From: Octopus bimaculoides
Lineage: Eukaryota
DNA length: 64,000 nucleotides
NCBI RefSeq assembly: GCF_001194135.2
Contig: NC_068994.1
Location: 40,854,321-40,918,320, forward strand
Direction: 5' to 3'
In this document: positions 51,524 to 64,000 of the stretch, piece after piece
How the letters are laid out: every line of letters begins with the position of its first letter
Numbering within the stretch: position 1 is the first letter of the stretch
Program-made: the position numbers and the translations under genes
Notes under the pieces: model-generated
Database searches by the model: none
Seen by the model: the letters and a program-made list of their open reading frames with translations, nothing else
What the model was told of the DNA's origin: nothing

Positions 51524-54500
51524 CTTGATAGAAGTTGCATTACAAGGTGAATTCCACCTAATTTTAAGGTGATTGAGATTCCTGGGGCACAGTAGAGCTT
51601 GTATTTCTTTTGTCCAAACAGTTGCAATGCAACTATGAGTAAGCCACTTGGAGAACATGAACATGGAAAAGATAGAAAGTGGATAAATAGAAAGAAACAG
51701 AAAGAGAGAGAGATTAGGAATAAAGGGGAGGGAAGGAGATTATATGACAAAAAATGAAGAGATGGGAGAGAAATAGAGCGATAAGGTAAGGAAGTGGAGG
51801 ATGAAGAAACTAAGAATATAAGAGAGTGAGAGAGAGGAAGATAAAAAAAAGAAAGAGAGAGTATGGGTTTCAATAAAATTATTGCTGAGAAAATGAGAAG
51901 TGTTCTGTACAGCTAACACTGTTATTAAAACAGAGCTCAACCAAGGGAAACTTTATGTTGTAGTTTGGTATGCTAGAAATAACAGTCATATCGTCTTCAT
52001 TTCACACACTGCAATCTCAAAAATTGGACATTGGATGATGAGGGCCTGATGGACTGTATGAAAAAAAGGGACAGAGTGGTTGTTGAATGAGGGCCTATGG
52101 TTTTATAGTTTTGTCCTATAAGGGTTGACATGGAACTAAACAACAACAACAGCAACAGTAATAACCACTGCCAATGCCAACATTAACACCAACACTTCCA
52201 CAAGCACCAATACCATCACCATCACCGTCACCATCACCATCATCATCATCAACAAGAGAATAGCAATAATGATAAAGCATGCAGAAAAAGAAGAGTAAAA
52301 AAATACGACCATACAACATATAACAAATAAAACAAAAATAAAATAAAATCAAGTACATGAATAATAAAAAAAAAGACAATCAGAAAATAATTTATAAATA
52401 TCAACTGAAAATTTAGAAAAAAGAAACAAAGAGCAAACAAAAAAGATACTTGTCACACAAATGAAATTTTGAAAAATAAAATAAAAAAAAAATCATAAAT
52501 ATAAAAAAGAGACTGTAAAAATTGTAAAAAAAAAAATAAGGAGGGAAACAAAAGTGTGTGTGTTTGTGTGTGTGTGGTGAGGAGATGTTGTACTAAAATA
52601 AAACTTAATATGATTAGAATGTTTTGCATTGAAATGCAAAGTGAATGAAAGAAGAAGTGTAAAGTTGCCTATAGTGAGTTGTAGGAAATTTCCAACAGAG
52701 TTTTATTAGATAATTAAATAANNNNNNNNNNNNNNNNNNNNNNNNNNNNNNNNNNNNNNNNNNNNNNNNNNNNNNNNNNNNNNNNNNNNNNNNNNNNNNN
52801 NNNNNNNNNNNNNNNNNNNNNNNNNNNNNNNNNNNNNNNNNNNNNNNNNNNNNNNNNNNNNNNNNNNNNNNNNNNNNNNNNNNNNNNNNNNNNNNNNNNN
52901 NNNNNNNNNNNNNNNNNNNNNNNNNNNNNNNNNNNNNNNNNNNNNNNNNNNNNNNNNNNNNNNNNNNNNNNNNNNNNNNNNNNNNNNNNNNNNNNNNNNN
53001 NNNNNNNNNNNNNNNNNNNNNNNNNNNNNNNNNNNNNNNNNNNNNNNNNNNNNNNNNNNNNNNNNNNNNNNNNNNNNNNNNNNNNNNNNNNNNNNNNNNN
53101 NNNNNNNNNNNNNNNNNNNNNNNNNNNNNNNNNNNNNNNNNNNNNNNNNNNNNNNNNNNNNNNNNNNNNNNNNNNNNNNNNNNNNNNNNNNNNNNNNNNN
53201 NNNNNNNNNNNNNNNNNNNNNNNNNNNNNNNNNNNNNNNNNNNNNNNNNNNNNNNNNNNNNNNNNNNNNNNNNNNNNNNNNNNNNNNNNNNNNNNNNNNN
53301 NNNNNNNNNNNNNNNNNNNNNNNNNNNNNNNNNNNNNNNNNNNNNNNNNNNNNNNNNNNNNNNNNNNNNNNNNNNNNNNNNNNNNNNNNNNNNNNNNNNN
53401 NNNNNNNNNNNNNNNNNNNNNNNNNNNNNNNNNNATATATATATATATATAGTGCTATATATATAGTTATATATGTATAGGGAGAGAGAGAGACGCGGAG
53501 GCTGAGAGAGAGAGAGAGAATGAGAGCGTTTGAGAAATAGAATTGGTTCAAAAAACACCATCAACAGAGAAGTGTTTTAGTATTGATACAATGTACATAC
53601 AATGTAATATTATTCTTTTGTGAAGCAGAAGTTGAGGTTGGGGTGAGTTAGGATAAAGTGAGCGAAATGAGTAAGTTGGGAGAGATGGGGAAGAAGTTTT
53701 CATAGAAGAGAGATGAGTGAGAGAAGTGGGATGCAAAGGGGTCGAGTGTGAAGTGTGATAGTGAATGTGATGATGATGAACGTGATGATGATGATGATTC
53801 TGCTAGCCCTGTTATGGCAGTAGGAGGGCAGGCTTGTGCAGGTGTAGTGGGAGTGACAACTGGGTGTGAAATACCATTGATGCCTCTATGCTCGTTTCTC
53901 ATTGCCTGTATGTATGTATGTATGTATGTATGTATGTGTGTGTATATATATGTATCCCATAATATATATATATATATATGTATATGCATATATATNNNNN
54001 NNNNNNNNNNNNNNNNNNNNNNNNNNNNNNNNNNNNNNNNNNNNNNNNNNNNNNNNNNNNNNNNNNNNNNNNNNNNNNNNNNNNNNNNNNNNNNNNNNNN
54101 NNNNNNNNNNNNNNNNNNNNNNNNNNNNNNNNNNNNNNNNNNNNNNNNNNNNNNNNNNNNNNNNNNNNNNNNNNNNNNATATATATATATATATATAAAT
54201 GTATACTAATAGATAGATAGATAATATGAAATACATTAAATAATGATATGGATATGCAATATCATGTTTATGTGCACACATGTATGAATGTGTGTGTTTG
54301 TATTTATAAGAGTTATTTGACTATACATCTATCTTTATTCATGTTTATCACGAGATACATGCATGCATATGTGTGTGTGTGTTAAAATACATTTCTATTG
54401 ATATATATTTATTTAATAAATATTACTATGATGAAGAATGTATAATATTTTTCTATATGTAGAGAAATTGTATATATATATGTAAAATTTTATGCATTAC

Positions 54501-55169
54501 AGTTTTATAGAAAAGCTTTTGTCATTTACAATATTATATGTGTATAGAAATGCATATCTTATCTATATGTGTGTATATATTCATACACATATATATAAAT
54601 ATATATGATGATGATATGTAAACATATGTATTATATATATATATATATATATATCCATACACATACACACATATACATATATACGCACACATATAAATAT
54701 GCGTGTACATGGAAGTGTACATATTCACAGGAATTTACAAACAAGGAAGAAAGGTACTCAATACAGGGTTTTCCATTTATTTAAATTCGATGCTTCACTC
54801 TATCAAATTTCTGAATATTCCATTTCCATTTTTGTCTACCACACCCACTTATGCACACACATGCATGCATACGCATAAATATTTCTTAAAAAAACATCAG
54901 GAAAGCGTTGTGAAGCAGAAATTCACAAGAGTTCTCCCAAAGTTGGAATTACAGCAATGTGAGTTGAGATATTGTTCTGTAAACAAACTGAATTTAAAGC
55001 AATTCCAAACAAATACATATATATTAAAATAAGCATATCATATTGGCATGATATACAGTTGGCCTTCACTTCAAGATGTGTATGGGTCAGTAACATGTAC
55101 TATGATTTCACAAGGTGTTTTAGGTACCTTTGTGTTCATAAGCAGACAAAGACATCTTTCTGCTCTCCT

Positions 55170-55350
55170 TAGTCATGACTCGGGGGAGCATCTGGGATGC
55201 AACAGCCAATGGGTGTGTGGGGTCCACTAGCATCTAGATAGTTCATAACTGTAGAGTAGACAGGAGCAGTGCAAAATGAAGTGCCTTCTTAAGGACACAA
55301 CGTTCCTGTGATCAAAGAACTGAACCTACAACCATTATCATTAGGCCACA
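55170..55350 (-). mobile_element. SINE family D (degenerate)
   Basis: gagtagacaggagcagtgcaaaatgaagtgcctt...aaggacacaac, similar to 31955-32170. Confidence 0.6.
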
Positions 55351-55394
55351 CACTTTAATGAATATTTGCTTATTTTAATATTTGTACCTTAAAT

Positions 55395-55545
55395 TGGCAG
55401 TGAACTGGCAGAATCATTAGCATGCCAGGTGAAATGCTTAAACAAATTTCTTCTGTCCTTACATTCTGTGTTCAAATTCTTGCCTTTCACCCTATTGGGA
55501 TTGATAAAATAAATACCAGCTGAACACTGGATTCGATGTACTCAA
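55395..55545 (+). mobile_element. SINE family B (truncated)
   Basis: gaactggcagaatcattagcatgccaggtgaaatgctta. Confidence 0.75.
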
Positions 55546-56394
55546 CTTAAATACTCCTGGGTATGAGTATAAAAACTGTATCCCTCTGCCAAGCCATGTC
55601 AAACCAGTGTGGAAGAATAGGCTCATCAAGCCAGTATGATATCAAGCTCAAACTCACAGGCTTCACATCAGAACATAGTTGATGGAAGGAATACGCTGAA
55701 GTCCTCATCCTGAAGTGAGTTGAACATGGGCAACTCAATCCAATACAATCCACCTTGGATTCTAAACTAATACGATCTGTTTCATGGTTATGTCGTCAGC
55801 AACTAAACCATCATGCTACTTGACATATTCTGGTCACTCTAACAAAACAAAAGACAATATCTGTCAGGGAGGACAAATTCAACAAGGACTCAGTAGCCAT
55901 CCATCAAACTTACAAATTGGGTAAGAGCTCAATTAAGCCTTTGTATCTAGCATGTTATGCAGTCTTGGTAGCTTCTGCTCACAGTTGTCTCTCACAGAGA
56001 CATTGGCTTTGTCTTCCTTCTGACCCTGGGAGATCCAGATATGAGGAAGTTCCTGATAAGTGCAAAGACTACCCAAAGCAGTTTAAATGTGACTTAGATA
56101 TGCTTATCACCAACTTATTTTTAGTGTGTGGCTTTTGTCTCTTTATCTTGATATCTTGTGATGTTTTAAAGGATTGTCATTACCATACAAGTGGTGACAT
56201 TCATTTGTAATTTTCTGCAAGAACATGTCTGTCATGGGGAAATATTACCTTACTTGGAATTAGGTGAGGGTTGGTGACAGGGAGGGCATCTGGGTGCAGA
56301 AAATCTGCTTCAAAAAACTCCATCAGACTCATGAAAGCGTGGAAAGTGGACGTTAAAATGATCATGTTATATAAATATATAAACATATATACAT

Positions 56395-56560
56395 ATTGAT
56401 AGAAAGGACAACAAAAGAAAGAAAGAGACCTCGATATTATGTAAATAAAGGAATTTATCTGTAAAAATATGTGACTCTTATTCGGTAGCCATGATAAAAC
56501 TCCGAGTTTTGGATGCTAGGGTGGGAACCCACGCTGCCATCTCTTCAGTTATCTGGCCAC
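56395..56560 (-). mobile_element. Short Penelope-like element end with a hammerhead-like motif
   Basis: A non-repetitive island in an AT/AC microsatellite that carries the motif at 56493-56553. Confidence 0.5.
56493..56553 (-). ncRNA. Degenerate minimal hammerhead ribozyme motif
   Basis: Minus strand gataa-CTGAAGA-gatg...catc-caaaa-ctcggagt-t-ttatc. Stem I gataa/ttatc, stem II gatg/catc and near-palindromic stem III actcggagt are present; GAAA is altered. Confidence 0.55.
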
Positions 56561-57662
56561 ATGCATACATACATATATACATATACAGACAGAGAAAGAG
56601 AGGGAGAAATGAATAAAATGAATCGATGATGTGCTATCTACTCAGATCAAGTAAACTTGAGGTATTTGCTTCATTAGGGTAGGAGCATTCTACTCTTGAC
56701 CATTCCATCTTTTATTCAGACACTATGTCTCTAAGATTTACATTATCCTTTGTTTCTCTTTTTTAAAAGACTGCAGGATATGATCTGAGGAAGTTTTGGT
56801 TGCTATTTCAAGATGACTGAGCAACACTATAGTGATTTTATCATTGGTGAATGCATGTGTCTAAATGTGTGTGAGTTTGTGTGTGTGTATGTATGTATGT
56901 ATGTGTGCACGTGTATGTGTGTATGTGAGTGTGTGTGTGTGTGTATGTATATTATGCATCAAGTATAGTGTCCTACTGCTAAAACATCTGTTAAGTTATG
57001 GTAATAATTGCTCTTTACATGCAAAGATGAAGTTAAAGTGTGTGTTATCCTAGCTATATCAAGATGGAAGCAGCAGGAAACAGCAGGAAATTTGGTTCCG
57101 TAGTTACTGGACCAAATGTCTGCATGTATGTGTGTATGTGTGTGTCAGTGTGTCAGTGTGTCTGTGTATATGGCATTATGCGTCTGTATGTGTGTGTGTG
57201 TGTGTGCGAGTGTATGAGATTGCTTATGTCTCTCTGAGAGTGAGTGTGTACATGCTAGTGTGTCTGTTCATGATGTGCTGAAGAGATGGGTGAATAATGT
57301 CTGTCAATGTAGTCTTGGTCTACTGTTTCAGATTTCATGACATAAGATTGACGATGGACACGAGGAAAAACAACAACAACAACAGCAGCAGCAGCAGAAA
57401 ATCACTCACATACATACACACCTAGCAGAACATGCGCATTTCAACATATACATGAGCACATACACATATACACACGGTCTTACAATTTTAGGTTTTTATT
57501 AAAAGTTTAGAGTAGAGGCTTAGTGATCTGATGGTGGGGTGGTAGTGTCCATGACATTTCACATATTTTACAGTTAAAAGAATCCACACACATATGTACA
57601 ATCCACATACATACACACAATCCACATATATACATACATTCACGCAATCCACATGCATACAT

Positions 57663-57805
57663 ACATAAGAAACTTGCTTCTCAACCACATGTTTGCAGGT
57701 TCAGTTCCACCATGTGGCACCTTTGACAAGTGTCTTCTACTATAGTTTCAAGCTGACCAAAGTCTTATAAGTCGATTTGGTAGACGTAAATTCAAAGAAG
57801 CCCAT

Positions 57806-57879
<74 letters not shown>

Positions 57880-58093
57880 TGTGTTTGTTCCTCCATCACC
57901 ATTTGATAACCAGTGTTGGAGTGTTTACATCCCTGTAACTTAGTGGCTTGGCAAAAATGGCAGCTAGAATAAGTCTGAGCTTCAGAAATAAATCCTGGGG
58001 TCGATTTGTTTAACTAAAACCCCTTCAAAGTGGTGCTCCAGCATGGCTGTAATCAAATGACTGAAGCAAGTAAAATAATAAAGGAATAAAAGA
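57663..58093 (+). mobile_element. SINE family A, near full-length, with an expanded (TG)n core
   Basis: Homologous to the reverse complement of 13312-13724. Confidence 0.88.
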
Positions 58094-58480
58094 ATACATA
58101 CATACATACATACATACATTCATACATTCCTACATACATGAAAGCTAATTTGAAGAATACAGATCCAATCCATCACAGGAACTGTAAAAATCTGTAAAAC
58201 TTTCCGGGAGTTTCATTTAAATATATTAGAACATGTCTAGATATGTAACTATATGTATGAGAATACATACATAAAACATTCAAATCTGCACATACATACA
58301 TACATACATACATACATACATACATACAGACAGACAGACAGACATACATACATACATACGTATGTACATACATACCCTGTTGTTGATGTTGAAATTCCAT
58401 TGAAGGAACCTTGGATCTAGGTTAGAAACCGATCCTTTCTTCATAGGCAAGAAGTCTTGAAATAAACTGAATCATGACAT

Positions 58481-58960
58481 ACACAATGCCATCCAGAAAA
58501 AGGCCTTTTCCTGGGATAAATATAGAAAATCCCTCTGTTACTGAATACATACACAAACGTCAACACAAGGTATATTGGTGAAACATTGCCATTCAAACAT
58601 CTACCAAGTATAAGGGTAACAGGCCAGAGATTGCTGCTTGAAACAGACAAGAAAATGTCTGCACTGTTGTAGAGTTCAGCTGCCCTGCTGATGTGAATGT
58701 TTGAAAATAAAAAAGGAAGTGGATAACGATGGAAACCATCAGCTTCTATACCCAGATTATAAATTTACAAACATACCAATAATAATTGGTTCACTTGACT
58801 TTGTTAGTAAATGCCTAAGTGACAATCTGGAAAAGCTAGGGTTTTCAGAGAAAGAAATCAACCAGAAAACATGCACGTTAAAAGTACAATTTGTAAGAGG
58901 AAGAGAAAAAAATGTGCAAGATTTTCTTAAGTTTAAAATGCGACATTGTTTTTGTTATCT
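58481..58960 (+). mobile_element. Decayed RLE-clade (R4/Dong/NeSL-like) non-LTR retrotransposon, endonuclease C-terminus
   Basis: YW*NIAIQTSTKYKGNRPEI..*NRQENVCTVVEFSCPADVNV, then QLLYPDYKFTNIPIIIGSLDFVSKCLSDNLEKLGF; resembles the RPD...E-x-S/K-x-P restriction-like endonuclease region. Confidence 0.75.
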
Positions 58961-60232
58961 ACACTTCAGTGATGAAGCATTGTATCATTGTTAGAGACCA
59001 TCCTCTTCCTCACAGGAAGACTTTAAATAATTAAAAATAGGACAGAACTTACAGGTAAACAAATGTACATACAGACATAGATATATAGATATGTACAAAC
59101 ATACAGACATACATACACACACACATATATGCATACATACACATACATACATACATACATACATACATACATACAAATATGGACCGTCAATCAGACAGAA
59201 CAACAAGTATTTATAAATACACACATATAGACATTCATTTATATCCGTAAGAATATACTTAATTATACATCTAGACAAACATACATGTATATACGTATAA
59301 TAACATATACAAATATGTATGTATATCCATACACATGCATGCATATATACGCATGCATACATACATACGTGCATACATACATACATACATATATAAAGAC
59401 ATACATACATGCATACATACATACATACATACATACATACATACATACATAAGTATCAGAATATAAGTGCAAATACACAAATCTATATAATCTAATATAT
59501 TTTTCATGAGTGAGTGAGAAAGGGTGGAGAAAAAAAAATGAGTAGAAAGAGTGACAGAGAAAATTAGAGAGAAAGAGAGAGAGAGAGAGAAGGGGGTGAA
59601 AGAGATAGAAAATGAGAGAGAGAACACATGTATGAGCAAAAGTCTATACGTGAATGTAAAACAGTTTTGGACGATCTTTTGTTGTTTAATTAGTGGAACA
59701 TTCCTTGTCATCATAGCAAATTCCGTGAGCAAAGTAATTCATGGAGCAGCAACCCCTCAGCATGACCGTCCAGGCTTAAAGAAGAAATCTGAATCATCCA
59801 GAAAAATACAATACAAACGAAACTCCTGCAGTGAGATATTTCTTTGGCTCATTTAACAAATGCCCAATTTTTCTTTTGTGTGTGTGTGGAAGTACCTTTG
59901 GAGAGAATAACAGACAAAAAGACAAAAAAAAAAAAAAAAAAAAAAAAAAAGGCTGTCATAATATACAAAGACTAATAATGCCAGTGCTTAGTTTTGGACA
60001 GATGAAGATATGATTGTATACTCATGAATAGCTATCTATTCATCAGAACTATCGTAAGTAATCATTCCTAGAAGCTGCTGGAAAAATATAGGTCACTACT
60101 TGTTCCCAATTGCTAGGTGAATCAAGTTGGGCTGGATCAAGCATCTGAAAAAGCACTTCCTGAGACCAGATGTGAACACCACGTGTGTCTCAATTACATA
60201 TGCATTTTGACGTTTCCCTCATTCACTGCAAT

Positions 60233-60295
<63 letters not shown>

Positions 60296-60650
60296 NNNNN
60301 NNNNNNNNNNNNNNNNNNNNNNNNNNNNNNNNNNNNNNNNNNNNNNNNNNNNNNNNNNNNNNNNNNNNNNNNNNNNNNNNNNNNNNNNNNNNNNNNNNNN
60401 NNNNNNNNNNNNNNNNNNNNNNNNNNNNNNNNNNNNNNNNNNNNNNNNNNNNNNNNNNNNNNNNNNNNNNNNNNNNNNNNNNNNNNNNNNNNNNNNNNNN
60501 NNNNNNNNNNNNNNNNNNNNNNNNNNNNNNNNNNNNNNNNNNNNNNNNNNNNNNNNNNNNNNNNNNNNNNNNNNNNNNNNNNNNNNNNNNNNNNNNNNNN
60601 NNNNNNNNNNNNNNNNNNNNNNNNNNNNNNNNNNNNNNNNNNATATATAT

Positions 60651-60697
<47 letters not shown>

Positions 60698-61194
60698 TAG
60701 ATAGATAGATCAATAGATAAATGGATAGAAAGACAGATTTGTATCTCTCCTTGTCTTGACATTATAATCTAGTCATAAATGAGTCTCACTCACATACAAG
60801 GAGAGTTATTCAATTTCAATAGTCTGCAAAAACATGCCTGGTCAATAGAAAATATTATCATGCTAGGAAACAAGTAGAGGTGGAAGACAACCGATCCAAG
60901 CATGAAAAAGTAGACGTTAAAATGGTGAAGAGTTGATTTAATTGATTATAACTGCTATATTGCAAACTTTGACCTTCTAGAAAGTCATAAGACATTGATT
61001 TTTGTTTAATTATTGGAGAGGGATCAAACACTAGCTACAATTTATTAGATATCGTGCTACCATCATAATTTTTAGCCCCATTGCAAAACTCATTGTCATA
61101 GATATTGATTTCTAACATTGACAGAAAAACACAAATTTGGGGCAAGTGTATTCAGCCTACCCATTACTTAACTGTTGCTTGAACTTGTTCTCTT

Positions 61195-61329
61195 AGGCAC
61201 TTTTTTCCCAACCACAAGACTCCGGATTCAGTTCCACTGTGTGACACCTTGGGGGAGTCTCTTCTACTATAGCTTCAGGCCAACCAAAGCCTTGTGAGTG
61301 GATTTGATAGACAGAAACTGAAATAAACC

Positions 61330-61366
<37 letters not shown>

Positions 61367-61885
61367 CACATATATAAATATATATACACAAATAGATCTA
61401 TATGTGTGTCTGTGTTTGTCCCCCACCACCACTTGACAACTGGTGCTGGTGTGTTTACACCCTGTGACTTAGCTGTTTGAGAAAGAGACTGATAGAATAA
61501 GTACCAGACTTAACAAAACAAATGACCCAACAAGCCAAACAAAATGACAGTCATGGCAGATACTGGTGTCGCACAAATGGCACCCATGCTGGTGGTACAT
61601 AAAGCACCCATTACACTCTCAGAGTGGTTGTCATTAGGAAGGGCATCCAGCCATAGAAAACCATGCCAAATCAGACCAGAGTCTGGTGCAGCCTTCCAGC
61701 TTACCTGCCCTAGTCAAACCATCCAACCCATACCAGTATGGACAACGGACATTAAATGATAAGGATTATGATGACGATGAGGATGATGAAGCACTGGGGT
61801 TAATTAATTCAACTAAAAATTCTTCAGGGTGGCACTCCAGCATGACCACAGCCTAATGACTGAAACAAGTAAAAGACAAATAAAC
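61195..61885 (+). mobile_element. SINE family A interrupted by a family E insertion (~61525-61790)
   Basis: Family A runs to ...gtaccagacttaacaaaac and resumes at gcactggggtt...ccagcatgaccacagc; family E ggaagggcatccagccatagaaa...ggacattaaatgat lies between. Confidence 0.75.
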
Positions 61886-62011
61886 AACATTGGATAAATT
61901 TGATCTCAGAATGTAAGGGACCGTTACTAATAATTTAATGCTGCAAAATATTTTGCATGATGCTTTAATACATCTGCCAATCTGTCACATTCTTATTGTC
62001 AATGTTGGTAT

Positions 62012-62225
62012 CTGGTAAGCTGGCAGAATAATTAGCATGCTGGGCAAAATGCTCAACAGCATTTCATCTATCTTTATGTTCCGAGTTCAAATTCTACCAA
62101 GGTTGACTGTATATTTCATCTTTTTTTTTTGGGGGGGGGGGTCAATAAAATAAATACCAGTTGTGCACTGGAGTTGATGTAGCACTCCAAAATTGCTGGC
62201 CTTGTGCCAACATTTGAATCCAATA
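62012..62225 (+). mobile_element. SINE family B
   Basis: aagctggcagaataattagcatgctgggcaaaatgc...ggccttgtgcc. Confidence 0.8.
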
Positions 62226-62320
62226 TTGGTATCATCATTAATTGCTATTTTAAAATATTTGTAGTGTGTTGATATTCTTCAGTGTGTGTATGTATGTATG
62301 TATGTATGTATGTACCTGTA

Positions 62321-62375
<55 letters not shown>

Positions 62376-62641
62376 NNNNNNNNNNNNNNNNNNNNNNNNN
62401 NNNNNNNNNNNNNNNNNNNNNNNNNNNNNNNNNNNNNNNNNNNNNNNNNNNNNNNNNNNNNNNNNNNNNNNNNNNNNNNNNNNNNNNNNNNNNNNNNNNN
62501 NNNNNNNNNNNNNNNNNNNNNNNNNNNNNNNNNNNNNNNNNNNNNNNNNNNNNNNNNNNNNNNNNNNNNNNNNNNNNNNNNNNNNNNNNNNNNNNNNNNN
62601 NNNNNNNNNNNNNNNNNNNNNNNNNNNNNNNNNNNNNNNNN

Positions 62642-62679
<38 letters not shown>

Positions 62680-62724
62680 GTATGTTTGTATATATATGTA
62701 TATATGTATATGTGTGTGTGTGTA

Positions 62725-62766
<42 letters not shown>

Positions 62767-63029
62767 TTAAAAATGATATAGCCCTATATATTCTTGTAAT
62801 CTACTTGTAGATTTTAAACCTAGCATGTCTTGGTAATTATTTCTCAAAGTTCACAACAATATACTTCTATAGAGATAGAGATTTTGATTTAGGCTCAATA
62901 ATTTCCATATCAACTAGACTTATCATGTTTGTCAGTCTATAATACCTTTTTGAGATTAGAAAATTCTGAGCACATCATGGAGGCCAGAATAATAAAAATT
63001 AAAATTTTTGCATTGAGAACTCATGGCTC

Positions 63030-63200
63030 TGGTAATATGGTTGGAGTGTCACAAGAATAGATCACTAGACATTCTTCAAGTTGAGCCAACAAGCAGGAGA
63101 CTAAGGGGTAGACCAAGAATTGGTTGCAACATTAATTTGTAGTAAATCTGCAGCCAGTGATTGAGCTTCTTCATATTGATGGTTGTGAAGGGTGCTGGTG
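63030..63200 (+). mobile_element. Possible RTE-clade LINE 3' fragment
   Basis: RSLDILQVEPTSRRLRGRPR resembles the RTE C-terminal G-x-R-x-RGRP motif; highly decayed. Confidence 0.4.
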
Positions 63201-64000
63201 CCTGAGGTAGCTATTCAGACAAAGGGTGGTATAGAAGAACTGGAAGATATTTATTGCAAGGGTGAGTTGGTAGGGGACAAGGAAGTGTGAGTCACCTTTG
63301 CACCTTCAAATTCTAGTTTCTGTCTCTTCATGTCTGTTATTTTCCATCAGGTTTGTTCCCTCAATGGGGACATGTGATGGTTGGATATTATCCAAAGTCT
63401 CAGTCAACTATGCTTGGGGATCCAGCAGGAAATTGTAATGAGGGTTACTTCTGACAGGACTCCATGGAGCAGGTGCCTGAGGGCTCTACACCCATGACCC
63501 TCTCAGGAATAGTGTAGGCAGTGAAAATGAGAAGTTGGATGGAAAGGGAATAATAAGGAAATAATATAGCCCTTTTGTTAATATATGCCTGTTAAAATAA
63601 ACAGCATCTTTTTCAATTAATTTTGTAAAATAATGGAAAATTTAGTAAAATTACTTTGCCATTAATGAGCTGATGTTTGAAGCATAAAGTGAAATTTTCA
63701 TGGATGGTTTTCATTTAGATAAATTTAAGTTGCAAAAATTTTGTCATAGATCCAAGAGTATTTCAGGTGTGTTCATATTTAAAAAATTAACGATATAATT
63801 CAAGGCAAAAGAGAAGTAAGTCATGGAGCATAGGAGCATGTGCTCATATAAATATCTTTACACACACATTCATGAAGAAAAGTATAAATGTGTCTTTGAG
63901 ACTTATATACATATCCTTATTTCAATAAGATTTGAATTCACCTGTCTAAAATTTATAATGCATGGGTAAACAACATGCATTACAACAGTTTCCATTAAAA

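Noticed and set aside
53600-53890. Possible endonuclease N-terminus of the CR1/L2-like LINE on the minus strand
   Set aside because: The resemblance is too weak, and it is separated from the RT by unrelated sequence and a gap.
59551-59856. 101-aa ORF in partly unique sequence
   Set aside because: The N-terminus comes from a GA repeat; the rest has no consistent splice sites or recognisable motif.
1-64000. CRISPR arrays, rRNA genes, operons or other prokaryotic systems
   Set aside because: No regularly spaced repeat-spacer arrays and no such genes were seen; the sequence is eukaryotic repeat-rich DNA.

Overview
AT-rich, microsatellite-saturated eukaryotic DNA with 17 assembly gaps, most of them flanked by (AT)n or (CA)n. 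The SINE and repeat content is what I recall for an octopus (cephalopod) genome; this is inferred, not checked by search. I cannot support any intact protein-coding gene: nearly all long ORFs in the track are artefacts of simple repeats or N runs, and there are only a few weak candidate exons. The window is mostly mobile-element debris: four tRNA-derived SINE families plus two other recurring short interspersed repeats, a decayed CR1/L2-like LINE, a restriction-like-endonuclease (RLE) LINE fragment, an RTE-like tail, a hAT 3' end, a Helentron-like element and a mariner-like MITE. The most unusual items are: (i) three unrelated, degenerate minimal hammerhead-ribozyme motifs in Penelope-like short elements, one in a composite with a tRNA-derived Pol III head between inverted tails and a shared target-site duplication (14187-14585); (ii) two near-identical Merlin-like MITEs (37-bp TIRs, perfect 8-bp TSDs) carrying telomeric repeats, one with a (TAACCC)6-TA-(GGGTTA)3 palindrome at its centre; (iii) two long stand-alone hairpins; (iv) a fold-back duplication at the 5' end of the LINE.
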